Source of the DNA: a virus
Taxonomy: Duplodnaviria; Caudoviricetes
DNA: 47,067 nt
Virus record (IMG/VR): IMGVR_UViG_3300005764_000026
Location: 1 to 47,067 of that record
Direction: 5' to 3' (one strand)
Shown: positions 1-8,933 of the stretch, piece after piece
Layout: every line of letters starts with the position of its first letter
Position numbering within the stretch: the stretch's first letter is position 1
Notes under the pieces: model-generated
What the model saw: only the letters and a program-made list of their open reading frames with translations
Told to the model about the DNA's origin: nothing
The model's database searches: none
Made by a program: the position numbers and the translations under genes

Positions 1-163
1 AGGGACGGGGGAGAAAAAGTCGCAATATTTTTTGCCTGTAATGTTGGCCATTTAGGAGGACCCACCACTCGGCCGCTGCCGCTGTGCCTACATGCACGCA
101 CGGCGCGTACATCCAGCACGTCAGGCGCACACACGTAGGCGCGGCACCTCCATGATCTACACG

Positions 164-730
164 TCATGTACGACGCTCGCCTTCATGGGTTCCACGTGAC
201 CCATGGCCGGCCCGAGCGTCATGGCACAAGCCTGCATTCGCGCTTGACACTCGAGCCGCACCGTTCAGCTGCGCAGAGCCGCCTAGGCGGCCCGCTGTGA
301 CTGCCACGCCCAAGGCGGCCCACTCATGCTGCTTGAGCCCGAAAGTCGGCCCAGGCGCGTTCCTGACGCCTTGTGGGCCTACGATTTCGATCAGCGCTCG
401 CCTGACCTCGGCATCCCCGCCGCGCGCGCTCCCAGTGAGATCCGCGACCACGGTGCGCCGCAGGATCCGCACGTGCGGCCGCGTGTCGCCCCACGCTTCG
501 ATGAATCGCCCGATCCAGTAGCAGGTCTCGAACGTCGACTTGCCGACGATGCCAGCGGCGCCGACCATTTCGACGGCGAGGAGCGTCGCCATCGACGGCA
601 GGCGCACCGGCAGGCGCAAGCGCGCGAGGAGCTCGGCGTTCGGCAGGATCGCGTGCCAGACGACGACCGGCGCGTGCCAGACGACGAACGCCGAGACGTC
701 CGGCCCAGGGTCGATGCCGATGATCCTCAT
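164..730 (-). CDS. RuvC-like Holliday junction resolvase (phage type)
   Basis: N-terminal IIGIDPG, mid LAVE and C-terminal HEWAALGVA fit the RNase H-fold RuvC pattern; last gene of the replication operon. Confidence 0.7.
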   Translation of the reverse strand: MRIIGIDPGPDVSAFVVWHAPVVVWHAILPNAELLARLRLPVRLPSMATLLAVEMVGAAGIVGKSTFETCYWIGRFIEAWGDTRPHVRILRRTVVADLTGSARGGDAEVRRALIEIVGPQGVRNAPGPTFGLKQHEWAALGVAVTAGRLGGSAQLNGAARVSSANAGLCHDARAGHGSRGTHEGERRT

Positions 731-1896
731 GGATCCTCAGAAAGCGCGACGGGCGCCTCGAATGGCAGTCCGACTTGGACGGTACGCTCCTTGACGAGCT
801 CGCCGTATTTTGGGTTGATCTCGATGCCGAGCCACCGGCGTCCGAGGGATTCGGCGACCTCGCCGACGGTGCCCGATCCCATGAAAGGGTCGAGGACGAG
901 CGAGCCGAGCTTCGACCCGGCGAGGATGCAACGCTGCGCCAACATCGGCGGGAACGTGGCAAAGTGCGCGCCGGCGTATGGCACCGTCGGGAATGTCCAG
1001 ACCGATCGGGCATTGCGGCCGTTCGCGTGATGCTTCGCATACAACAGGCCGCCATGCGATCCCGATGTCGACGTATTGAGGACAGTCCCGTCATTTGGAT
1101 GCCCCGATGTCAGTGGCCGAGTGTTGTCATCGACCGATGTCAAATGCGGCTCGCGAATCGCGTCGCCGTCGTACAGGTACCTCGGCGCCTTGGACAAGAG
1201 GAACACGTATTCGTGCGCCTTGGTCGGCCGGTCGGTCACCGATTCGGGCATTGGGTTCGGTTTCGACCAAATGATATCCGAGCGCAGATACCATCCGTCC
1301 GCTTGCAGCGCGAAGGCGACGCGCCACGGAATGCCGACGAGGTCCTTTTCTTTCAATCCCGCCGGAAGCTTCTTGACAAATTGCATCGTTGCCATTTCGG
1401 CATGCATGCGTTCGTCCAATGCGTCGCGACACTTGGGAGCGTTGCGCTTCAAGCCAGAGGAAGCGCCGCCGTTCGTATTGCCGACCTTCGTCCCGGCGTA
1501 CGAATCCCCGAGGTTCAGCCAAAGCGTCCCGTCGTCGCGCAAGACGCGCTTGACCTCGCGAAAGACGGCGACCATGGTTGCGACGTATTCGTCCGGCGTG
1601 CGCTCGAGCCCCAATTGACCGTCAATGCGAACCGCGCCGCAGCGAGCGCAGGATTGTCCAAATTGCGGCGAGGGGACGGCCGAACGTCCCGGACGGCAGG
1701 AATTTTGCGTGGCGCCGCTTGAGCTCTTTTCCCAATCTGCGCGCAAGTGATCGCACTCGGGATCGCCGCCCTCCCAATGGCCGGTCCCGTAGTCGCGCAA
1801 GCCCCAATACGGCGGCGAGGTGACGCAACACTGGATTTCACCGTCGGGCAGCGTCGGCAAGACGGCGCGGCAGTCGCCGACGATCACGCGGTTCAT
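727..1896 (-). CDS. DNA N4/N6 methyltransferase (beta class)
   Basis: VTSPPYW catalytic motif, IIWSKPNPMPES, and DPFMGSGT SAM-binding motif; start trimmed to the ATG overlapping the upstream TGA (ATGA coupling at 1893-1896). Confidence 0.9.
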   Translation of the reverse strand: MNRVIVGDCRAVLPTLPDGEIQCCVTSPPYWGLRDYGTGHWEGGDPECDHLRADWEKSSSGATQNSCRPGRSAVPSPQFGQSCARCGAVRIDGQLGLERTPDEYVATMVAVFREVKRVLRDDGTLWLNLGDSYAGTKVGNTNGGASSGLKRNAPKCRDALDERMHAEMATMQFVKKLPAGLKEKDLVGIPWRVAFALQADGWYLRSDIIWSKPNPMPESVTDRPTKAHEYVFLLSKAPRYLYDGDAIREPHLTSVDDNTRPLTSGHPNDGTVLNTSTSGSHGGLLYAKHHANGRNARSVWTFPTVPYAGAHFATFPPMLAQRCILAGSKLGSLVLDPFMGSGTVGEVAESLGRRWLGIEINPKYGELVKERTVQVGLPFEAPVALSEDP

Positions 1897-2252
1897 CTCC
1901 ATGGCGCCCACTTCGGCATTACCGCCGCCTCCGCGCGCGCGACTTCCTCGACCGTCGCCAAACCCAGTTCGGCGCGCGCGCGAACCGCTTCGAGCTCCTC
2001 GCGCGCAGCCAAGTCGGCGATGACCTTCGGCCGTGTGCACACGAGCTCGGCCATCCAGGCGCGCTCCTCGTCGGCGATGGCGTCGGTGAGCTCGGCGCGC
2101 AGCGCGCGGCCCTGCTGCAGCGCCTGCCAGACGCGATCGACCTCGCGCCGGTAGGCGAGGATCACCGGCCTGGACACCGCGGGCACGCTCGCCGCGGCGT
2201 AGGCGGCTTCGACCCGGGCGACCATGGCGCTGTACTCTTCCCGCGCGGTCAT
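1893..2252 (-). CDS. hypothetical helical protein
   Basis: 119-aa ORF translationally coupled to the methyltransferase. Confidence 0.55.
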   Translation of the reverse strand: MTAREEYSAMVARVEAAYAAASVPAVSRPVILAYRREVDRVWQALQQGRALRAELTDAIADEERAWMAELVCTRPKVIADLAAREELEAVRARAELGLATVEEVARAEAAVMPKWAPWR

Positions 2253-2269
2253 GCGGGTCTCCCGTGTCC

Positions 2270-2466
2270 GGTTCCGCTCTGGTTCCCGGTTCCCTCTTTT
2301 CTTCCCCGCCCCCCACTAAAGTGGGGGCGGGGGAAGGAAGAAAAGCGGCGAGGTTCCGAGTGCGGAACCAAGTCGGGAACCAAATTTGTCGACGGAACCG
2401 GGGTGTCCGGTTCCGGTTGGTTCCGGTTCCGGGAACCAGTTCCCGGGAACCGGAACCTGGGGAACC
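2270..2466. repeat. GGAACC/GGTTCC iteron-like cluster with GC hairpin; candidate replication origin
   Basis: About 14 copies of GGAACC in both orientations, plus inverted repeat cttccccgccccccact-aa-agtgggggcgggggaag, directly downstream of the primase-helicase stop. Confidence 0.55.
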
Positions 2467-4298
2467 TAGTGCTCGTCATGCGGGTCCTCCACGAGCCGGA
2501 AGGGCGGTCCTTCGATGATCCGGAGTGCGCGGAGTTTGCGGATGGCCGACAGCACGGCCTGCTTGCGCTTCCCGAGTTTTTCGAGGATCTCTTCGTAGCC
2601 GCGCGCACCCTTCGCGACGAGTGTGATCACGGCGTGCTCGAGCTGGCTCAAAGACCCGTTGGGATCATCGCGAAAAGAGCCGATAGCTCCGTCGAAGATT
2701 AGATCGATCGTCTGGCCGTGGGGGCCAAAGCGGTGCTTCGACACGTGCAACTTGGCGGGGGCCGAACCTCCGTCGGCGCACGGCTCTGTCTGTAAGAAGA
2801 GCTCGGCGCTTGCGTCGCACTCGATTTCGCCGGCCTCTTTGCCGGCGCCGAAGAAGTCTTCTGCGGTGGCGTCGTCTTCAGGCCGGTAATGTGTCCGGCC
2901 CACAGATGAAACAACGAGCCCCGTGGAGCGATTATCGGTGATCCAGGTTTGCAGGTCGTCGAGGAGCCTTCCCACTGCGAGCCGTCGGTCTTCAATGGCC
3001 AGCCGACGGGCGGCCGATTGCAAATAGTCCAGCGTGACGGCCGGTGCTGTGCCGACCTCATCGCCGATGCGATTTAGGACGTCGAGGATGTTCGCGCCGC
3101 GTTTGAGGTAGACGACGCGGAGCGCGAGGCCGAAGAGATCGCCGGCGATCGCCTCGGTCTCGGAGGGCCCGAGCTCGAAGACGCGCAGCCACGAGCAGCG
3201 GCGGATCTGGCCTACGGCGCGCGCGAGGATCTGCCGCTCGCTGAGCTCGGAGCTCACGTGCACGGCGTGCCGGCCGTGCTGGACGAGGCCGAGATTGAGT
3301 TGGAGCGCGAGGCCGCTCTTGCCTTTACCGGGAGGGCCGTTCAGGACGACGAAGCTCTCGGCGCGAAATCCGACGATGATGCGGTCGAGGCCGCGGAGGC
3401 CGCTCGGCGTCGCCGGCGGCAGCGGCACGGCCCACAGGACGCGGGCGGCGTCGGCGACGACGGGGATGTGGTGACGAGCGGCGAGATCCGGCTGTGCCTC
3501 GGCGAGCCGGACGAGCTCTTCGGGCTCGCCGCCGCGCTTGATCCAGTCGACGACGTCGTCCGCCGGCTCGAGGCGGGGGAGCTCGAGCACGCGGAGCGAG
3601 CGCACTACGGGCTCGAGCGTTGCCTGCGCGGCTGCGGCGTAGGCGCGGCCGGGGTCGTCATTGTCGGGCAGAATGACGACGTCGCGGCCGCGCAGGAGCT
3701 CGCAGGCGCGGCCGGCGGCGAACTTCCATCCCTTGGAGCCACCCGGCGTCGTCGTCGCGCAGAGATCGTACATGCGGAGCGTCTCGACGCATTTTTCGCC
3801 CTCGACGAGGAAGACGAAGGCATCGCGCGACGCGGCGCGGAGCTCAGGTGCGCGGTAAAGCGTGAGCGGCGCGTCGCCGCGACCGGGAACAAAGCCAAGG
3901 CCGTTCCGGTGGTACTGGACGAAGGTCTTTTCACCGTCCGTGAAGTCCTTCCGAAGGACGCGGAGGCCGCCCTCGTAGTCATAGGCGGTTTCGGAGATGG
4001 GGCGTTCGTCCGAGGAGCGCCTGGCGCGCTCCTCGTCGAGGTGTGCGATCGGCGGATCTCCATGGCGATTGCCGCAGCGGCAATCGCCTTCGAGCCGGTG
4101 GGCGAACGTGCCGCCTTCTTCTTGACGCAGGTCGCCGGCGAGCTCCTCACGCGTGCAATGTGCGAATTTGCCGTCAGAGCCGAGGTAGCCATAGCACCGA
4201 ATGCCCTTGCCACGCGGCGCGCGGTCGAAGCCGCCGCAGATCGGGCAGGGCCGTTCGGCGGTCCATCGCTGGCCGCGATTGACGGCATTCGGCATCAT
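2466..4298 (-). CDS. bifunctional primase-helicase (Zn finger + Toprim + DnaB/RecA-type helicase)
   Basis: CPICGG Zn motif, VEGEK and DNDD Toprim motifs, Walker A GPPGKGKS, Walker B TLDYLQ, KHRFGP; start trimmed to MMPNAVN. Confidence 0.85.
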   Translation of the reverse strand: MMPNAVNRGQRWTAERPCPICGGFDRAPRGKGIRCYGYLGSDGKFAHCTREELAGDLRQEEGGTFAHRLEGDCRCGNRHGDPPIAHLDEERARRSSDERPISETAYDYEGGLRVLRKDFTDGEKTFVQYHRNGLGFVPGRGDAPLTLYRAPELRAASRDAFVFLVEGEKCVETLRMYDLCATTTPGGSKGWKFAAGRACELLRGRDVVILPDNDDPGRAYAAAAQATLEPVVRSLRVLELPRLEPADDVVDWIKRGGEPEELVRLAEAQPDLAARHHIPVVADAARVLWAVPLPPATPSGLRGLDRIIVGFRAESFVVLNGPPGKGKSGLALQLNLGLVQHGRHAVHVSSELSERQILARAVGQIRRCSWLRVFELGPSETEAIAGDLFGLALRVVYLKRGANILDVLNRIGDEVGTAPAVTLDYLQSAARRLAIEDRRLAVGRLLDDLQTWITDNRSTGLVVSSVGRTHYRPEDDATAEDFFGAGKEAGEIECDASAELFLQTEPCADGGSAPAKLHVSKHRFGPHGQTIDLIFDGAIGSFRDDPNGSLSQLEHAVITLVAKGARGYEEILEKLGKRKQAVLSAIRKLRALRIIEGPPFRLVEDPHDEH

Positions 4299-4303
4299 TG
4301 CGC

Positions 4304-4936
4304 CTATGTGACCCCGCCACCCTCGGTCGCGCTCGGCTCCTTCTTTGGCCGCCCGCGCTTCCGCGGTGCCGCCGGTGGCTCGCTGTCCTCGGGCCGTTCC
4401 CACGGGTCGGCGTAGTCCGAGGTCATGGCGGGCGCGGGCTTCGGCGCCGTGGGCGCCGGCGCGGCGGGTTCGTCCTCGTCCTCCTCGACCGGAACGTCCT
4501 CCGCGGGTTGCTCCTCGTCGTCGGCCTTCGCGTCGCCGTCGTCCGGTGGCTGCGTCGGGACGCCGGGCAGCGTCGGATTCAAGGCCGCGTTCCGCTCCGC
4601 GGTCGTCATCGGCCGCGAATCGATGAGCTCGCCGGTGTCGATCCGGAAAGTCTCGACGGCGAACGTGGTTTGGTTGTCGAGGCGCCGACATTCGATGGCG
4701 ATGATCTTCGTGCCGCTCCGCACCTTGTCGCGGAGCTCGCGCACCATGAGTTGCTTGGCCTCGATCTTGGTCGTCCACTCTTTGAGCGCGTTCTTTTTCT
4801 GCTCTTCGAGGAGCTCGACCTCGTAGTCGGCGGCGGCGAGCGAACGGCCCGCCTCGGCGAGCTCGGCGTCGGTCATTTTGATTTCGACATCCCGAAAAAA
4901 GCGTTCTTTGGCTGGCACGTTGCCCTCCCATCTCAC
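4304..4936 (-). CDS. hypothetical protein (coiled coil, acidic tail)
   Basis: 210-aa ORF in the operon with plausible composition. Confidence 0.6.
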   Translation of the reverse strand: MRWEGNVPAKERFFRDVEIKMTDAELAEAGRSLAAADYEVELLEEQKKNALKEWTTKIEAKQLMVRELRDKVRSGTKIIAIECRRLDNQTTFAVETFRIDTGELIDSRPMTTAERNAALNPTLPGVPTQPPDDGDAKADDEEQPAEDVPVEEDEDEPAAPAPTAPKPAPAMTSDYADPWERPEDSEPPAAPRKRGRPKKEPSATEGGGVT

Positions 4937-5769
4937 TTCCAGATCCGTCGGTAACGAATGTCAAAACAGATTGCGCACGTGCAATCCTCGCCATGGTCAG
5001 AACCCTCGCCAGCGTCAGACGCTTGCCAATACGCCTGCCAATCACCGCTGGCGTACGCCTCCCAATACCGGCGCCGAAAACAGGGAACGCACCAACCACG
5101 CGGGCCGATGAAATTCGGCGCATGGATGTTCTGCCATTGACCCTTGGTTCCACAGTCCTTGCAGCTTGTACGTTGCTCGACGCGCGGCGCCGGACCGGGC
5201 GCCGGCCGGTCATTCGTCGACACCTCATTGTGATAGCGCTTTGGCAGGGCCCGCGATTCACCCGGAGGAGGTAGTAGGTCGCCGACCTTCGGGATGTCGT
5301 GGTAGAGCCAAAAGACCATGCCGCCGCGCTCCATGGCCGACGAGAGATCGCGATGATGTTCGATCTCGGCCAGGCGATCGAGAGATGCGGCTCGGATGTC
5401 TCGGCTTGATTCGGTCAAGAAGGCGACGACGACGTGATGGCTCGTCTCGCATTGAATCTTTTGATAGCGTTCAACCGAACGAACGCCGATGCCGTGTTGC
5501 CACGTTCCCGAATTGACATGATAGGTGGGTTCAAACTTCCATTTGCACTCCCACCAGGTCTCGACCCCTTTATGGAATGCGAGAAAGTCCGGCATGACGG
5601 CATTGCTCTCGCCTTGCGGACCGTGAAGGACCGGAGCGCCTCGGCCATTCCGATCGAAGTCAGTCGCCGGGAGGACCCAGTTCCCTTCAATACCCAACCA
5701 ATGCGCGAGCCATCGCTCTTTGGCTCGTCCGAGGTGAAGCGTCTCTTCGAAGCTTTCATCCCGGTGCAT
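4933..5769 (-). CDS. PD-(D/E)XK nuclease-like protein with C-terminal Cys motifs
   Basis: E...MPDF...WWECKWK pattern; CKDC/CVPC/CTCAIC at the C-terminus; start trimmed to MHRDES. Confidence 0.55.
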   Translation of the reverse strand: MHRDESFEETLHLGRAKERWLAHWLGIEGNWVLPATDFDRNGRGAPVLHGPQGESNAVMPDFLAFHKGVETWWECKWKFEPTYHVNSGTWQHGIGVRSVERYQKIQCETSHHVVVAFLTESSRDIRAASLDRLAEIEHHRDLSSAMERGGMVFWLYHDIPKVGDLLPPPGESRALPKRYHNEVSTNDRPAPGPAPRVEQRTSCKDCGTKGQWQNIHAPNFIGPRGWCVPCFRRRYWEAYASGDWQAYWQASDAGEGSDHGEDCTCAICFDIRYRRIWK

Positions 5770-6985
5770 GGAAGCGCTCCGTTTCGGCCCCCCACTTCGC
5801 CCATCCTGGACGCGGCGTGCGCGCGAACATCTCCACTTTCGATCCCGGGCAAAGCGATTCGACGAGGGTGTAGAACGTATCGGGCTTGCGCGAGTGCTCG
5901 CGAACCGGCCCATTCAAGACCGTCGTTTGCGTGGTGAGGATGACGGTCGGCCGTCCCCGGACCGCGAGAATGCAGTGCTCCGTCTGGCCGCGGAGCCAAT
6001 CGCCGAGACCGATCCGATCCTTCACCCACGTCAAGATCGTCTTCTCAGCGAAACCCCATGCGTCGAGGACGCGATAGGCGTCGCGCATGAACGCGTTCGT
6101 CGTCCACAACCACAGGACCGCGCCATCGGGGTGCGCGAGCTTTCCGACGTCGAGACCGCAGATCGCTTCAATGGCCATCGGCGGGTACGGCAGGTCCCCG
6201 CGATGCGTGGCGTCGCCGGCGCGCTTCTCATACGGCCACGGCGGGTCGGCGACGATCACGCGAAACGGGCCGGTCGGCATCTTGGGCGCCTCGACGGCGA
6301 GACGCTCTGCCACCTTGGCTCTTTGCTCTTGCCTGACGAACGCCTTGATCTGCCCCGTGCGGACGCGCTTCCCTTTCTCGCCTGGCTTGCCGGGCGGTGG
6401 CGCATCGATGCGGACGCGCTTCGCGATGTCGCGTTGCGCGGGCTTGTCGAGCTTGGCGATCTCGGCCGCCGCCGACACTGCCAGCACGCCGCGATCCACC
6501 GCCGAGACTACTTCCGGGATCGCGTGTTTGATGACGGCGATCGCTGACTCGACGGAGCGCGGCGAGACGAAGACCTCTCGCGCGGCGTACTCGGCGGCCT
6601 TCCCGGCATCTTCGAGACCTTCGCGCAAATTTGCGCTAAGGTCCGTGCGCGTTCCCTGCCGCTTCAATGCCTCTTCGTGAAGGAGCGGCACCATGCGCGC
6701 GCCGACCATCGACCGCTGGCTTTCGTCGAGATGCCGGCGCTTGAGATTCGCCGAGACGACGTAGGCCACGGGATCGTCGCCGTCGTACGTCGTGAAGCTC
6801 GGTTTCACCTCGGCGAGCTCGCAGGCGCGATAGCGGTTGCGCCCATCGAGAATCTCGCCTTTGTAGAGGACGATCGGATGCCGGAGGCCGTTCGCCTTGA
6901 TATCGGCGGCGAGCTCGCCGAGCTCGGCCTCGGGCAAGAGCGGGAAGACCTGCGCGGCGGCGTGCACGGCGAGATGGACGCTCAC
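5756..6985 (-). CDS. ParB-like N-terminal domain fused to MT-A70 family adenine methyltransferase
   Basis: IKANGLRHPI..ILDGRNRYRAC (ParB/Srx); VIVADPPW, LWLWTT, HSRKP, EMFAR (MT-A70). Confidence 0.9.
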   Translation of the reverse strand: MSVHLAVHAAAQVFPLLPEAELGELAADIKANGLRHPIVLYKGEILDGRNRYRACELAEVKPSFTTYDGDDPVAYVVSANLKRRHLDESQRSMVGARMVPLLHEEALKRQGTRTDLSANLREGLEDAGKAAEYAAREVFVSPRSVESAIAVIKHAIPEVVSAVDRGVLAVSAAAEIAKLDKPAQRDIAKRVRIDAPPPGKPGEKGKRVRTGQIKAFVRQEQRAKVAERLAVEAPKMPTGPFRVIVADPPWPYEKRAGDATHRGDLPYPPMAIEAICGLDVGKLAHPDGAVLWLWTTNAFMRDAYRVLDAWGFAEKTILTWVKDRIGLGDWLRGQTEHCILAVRGRPTVILTTQTTVLNGPVREHSRKPDTFYTLVESLCPGSKVEMFARTPRPGWAKWGAETERFHAPG

Positions 6986-7482
6986 GGGACACCCTTTAAC
7001 CGCGACGGCGCGACGGCGCCGACTTGCCCCTCGAGCTTGGCGAGGTGCGCGCGCGCTCGAGCAAGAGCGCCCGCGATCTGCTGCGATTCCTCAGCGGTCG
7101 GCGCGCGGCCGGTGAGATTCGAGGTCGCCGCGACGAGGTCGGAGACGGCGACGAGCGCGGCGCGCGCCGAGGCGAAGGCGTCCGGCGCCATCTCGGTTGT
7201 CGTCTCGAGCGGGAAGAGACCTCGGCCGCGCGCGCCGGCGAGGATCGCGAGGAGCTCGTCATCCTCGCCAAGCTCGGCCGAGAGGATCGGCACGTCAGCG
7301 GCGTGCGGACCGCCGCGCTTGCCGAGCTCCATCATGCGGTTCCACCGCTGCCGGGACAGACCGACCGAGCGAGCCAGATGCGCCTCGTCCACGTTGTGAC
7401 GCGCCGCAAGGAGGCGAATCGCGAGCCGAAGGACATCGGCGCGGACGATTGGATCGGGCGAGTGCCACTGCTCTTTCTTCAC
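6982..7482 (-). CDS. putative HTH regulator (CII-like position)
   Basis: EAHLARSVGLSRQRWNRM HTH-like segment; lies downstream of the cro-like gene. Confidence 0.45.
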   Translation of the reverse strand: MKKEQWHSPDPIVRADVLRLAIRLLAARHNVDEAHLARSVGLSRQRWNRMMELGKRGGPHAADVPILSAELGEDDELLAILAGARGRGLFPLETTTEMAPDAFASARAALVAVSDLVAATSNLTGRAPTAEESQQIAGALARARAHLAKLEGQVGAVAPSRLKGVP

Positions 7483-7564
7483 CCTGCACTTCCGTTCCGT
7501 TTACACGAGCGTCCTCAGAAAGCACCTGCACAGCGAAAACCGCAGGCCGCACGATCAGGAAATG

Positions 7565-7909
7565 TCACGCCGCGGCATTCGAAGAATCGTCACTCAATCG
7601 GCTGGTAATGGGGATTCCAATGCGTCCCCGTTGCCTGCGGACCCCCATGCGTCCTCGTTCTCGGCGGAACCTCTCGCGGGGCTCACGGAAGAATTGCCAG
7701 AGGTCGATGCCGAGAACCTCGACGCAGATCCGGTACACGTTGCCGAAGGAGGGAAAGTTTTTTCCGAGCTTCCAGGCGGTGACGCTGGAAGCGTCGAGCC
7801 CGAGGGCGTCGGCGAGCTCCGACTGCCGAACGCCCTTCCGCGCCATCCAATAGCGGAGATGCCGGGCGAAGTGCCGGATGTACGGATCCCGAATCACGGG
7901 GCCTATCAT
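7565..7909 (-). CDS. XRE-family HTH regulator (Cro-like)
   Basis: VRQSELADALGLDASSVTAWKLGKNFP; divergent from the repressor-like gene. Confidence 0.75.
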   Translation of the reverse strand: MIGPVIRDPYIRHFARHLRYWMARKGVRQSELADALGLDASSVTAWKLGKNFPSFGNVYRICVEVLGIDLWQFFREPRERFRRERGRMGVRRQRGRIGIPITSRLSDDSSNAAA

Positions 7910-7984
7910 GGGGACGCAAATCAATCGGCCGTCAAGCCCAAAATGTACGCATCTCAAGATGACGGGGACTTACCGTCGGAGGAG

Positions 7985-8341
7985 ATGGGCAGGCGCGGCA
8001 AAAAAAGGCTCGGTCCGTACCAGGTCATCACCGAGGAGTTTCAGGCCGACGTCCGCGAAGCGATGGACCGCCTTCGCTTGACGCAGAAGGCCTTGGCGGA
8101 AGCCGTGGACGTGGATCCGAGCTCGATCACGCTTCTTTTGCGCCCGGACCGTGTCGGCGAGACGAGCCGGATCATTCGTAAGGTAGCTGCCTATCTTCAA
8201 ATCCCGGAGCCGGTCGACGAAAGCGCCTCCTACGCCAAGAAGCTCGCGATCCTAAAAATCCGAAATCCCGATCTTCATTCAGCGATTGCCAAGATCATCG
8301 ACAACGCCGTACCGGACGACGAGCCCGACCCTGAAAAATAG
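7985..8341 (+). CDS. XRE-family HTH repressor (CI-like)
   Basis: LTQKALAEAVDVDPSSITLLL; GGAGGAG RBS before ATG 7985. Confidence 0.7.
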   Translation: MGRRGKKRLGPYQVITEEFQADVREAMDRLRLTQKALAEAVDVDPSSITLLLRPDRVGETSRIIRKVAAYLQIPEPVDESASYAKKLAILKIRNPDLHSAIAKIIDNAVPDDEPDPEK

Positions 8342-8607
8342 GGGTTGAACTTTTTGACGGATCGGTAGCACGTACTACTCGGTCGATCCGTTGGGGGGAT
8401 TGGGGATCGGGGGTTGCCGTGGCATTGTCTCCGTCCGAAAAGCTCTTGCGTATCCGGCTTCAAAGGCCGGTCCTGTACGCCGCGATTACCGCACTGATTG
8501 ACGAACTTCTCGTTTCCTCCGACGAGAAGACGCCTGCCACCGTGCCAAGTCGTCCGCCTGCACCAACAAAATCTCGACGGGAATAGGCAAGCATCTCAAT
8601 TTTCCTG

Positions 8608-8636
8608 TTGACGGCCGAAACGTCCATGGGTACATC
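8608..8636 (+). promoter_or_regulatory. candidate sigma70-type early promoter
   Basis: TTGACG-N17-TACATC; CATCTCAA at 8592 and 8633 also occurs in the cro/cI intergenic region (7950), possibly an operator. Confidence 0.4.
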
Positions 8637-8711
8637 TCAACGCCGTGAGGCCGGGCCGCGCGCATCGCGTTGCCGCTCCGCGGGCAATGCCATTGGACCG
8701 GACACGCAGCA

Positions 8712-8921
8712 ATGCGTGAATGGCGCCGAAGCAGGTCCGCGCAGAAGTTGCAGCGCAAGCGTCGGCCGCAGACCCTGCGCGTGACCGAAGAGCGCCTCCG
8801 GCTTTCATCGGAGATTGGCCCGCGTCGGATTTCACCGTCGGTGTTCGCGATCATCGTCGGCGTCGGCTGGACCATGCTCTTCGCCGCGTTCATCGGATTT
8901 CTGGTGTGGGCGATGTTGTGA
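8712..8921 (+). CDS. small membrane protein
   Basis: Basic N-terminus followed by one long hydrophobic stretch. Confidence 0.45.
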   Translation: MREWRRSRSAQKLQRKRRPQTLRVTEERLRLSSEIGPRRISPSVFAIIVGVGWTMLFAAFIGFLVWAML

Positions 8922-8933
8922 AGGAGGATTGAA

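Noticed and set aside
8427-8436. 10-nt match of mini-spacer 5 in the intergenic region after the repressor
   Set aside because: Too short to be significant in 47 kb of GC-rich DNA, and the guide 5' end mismatches
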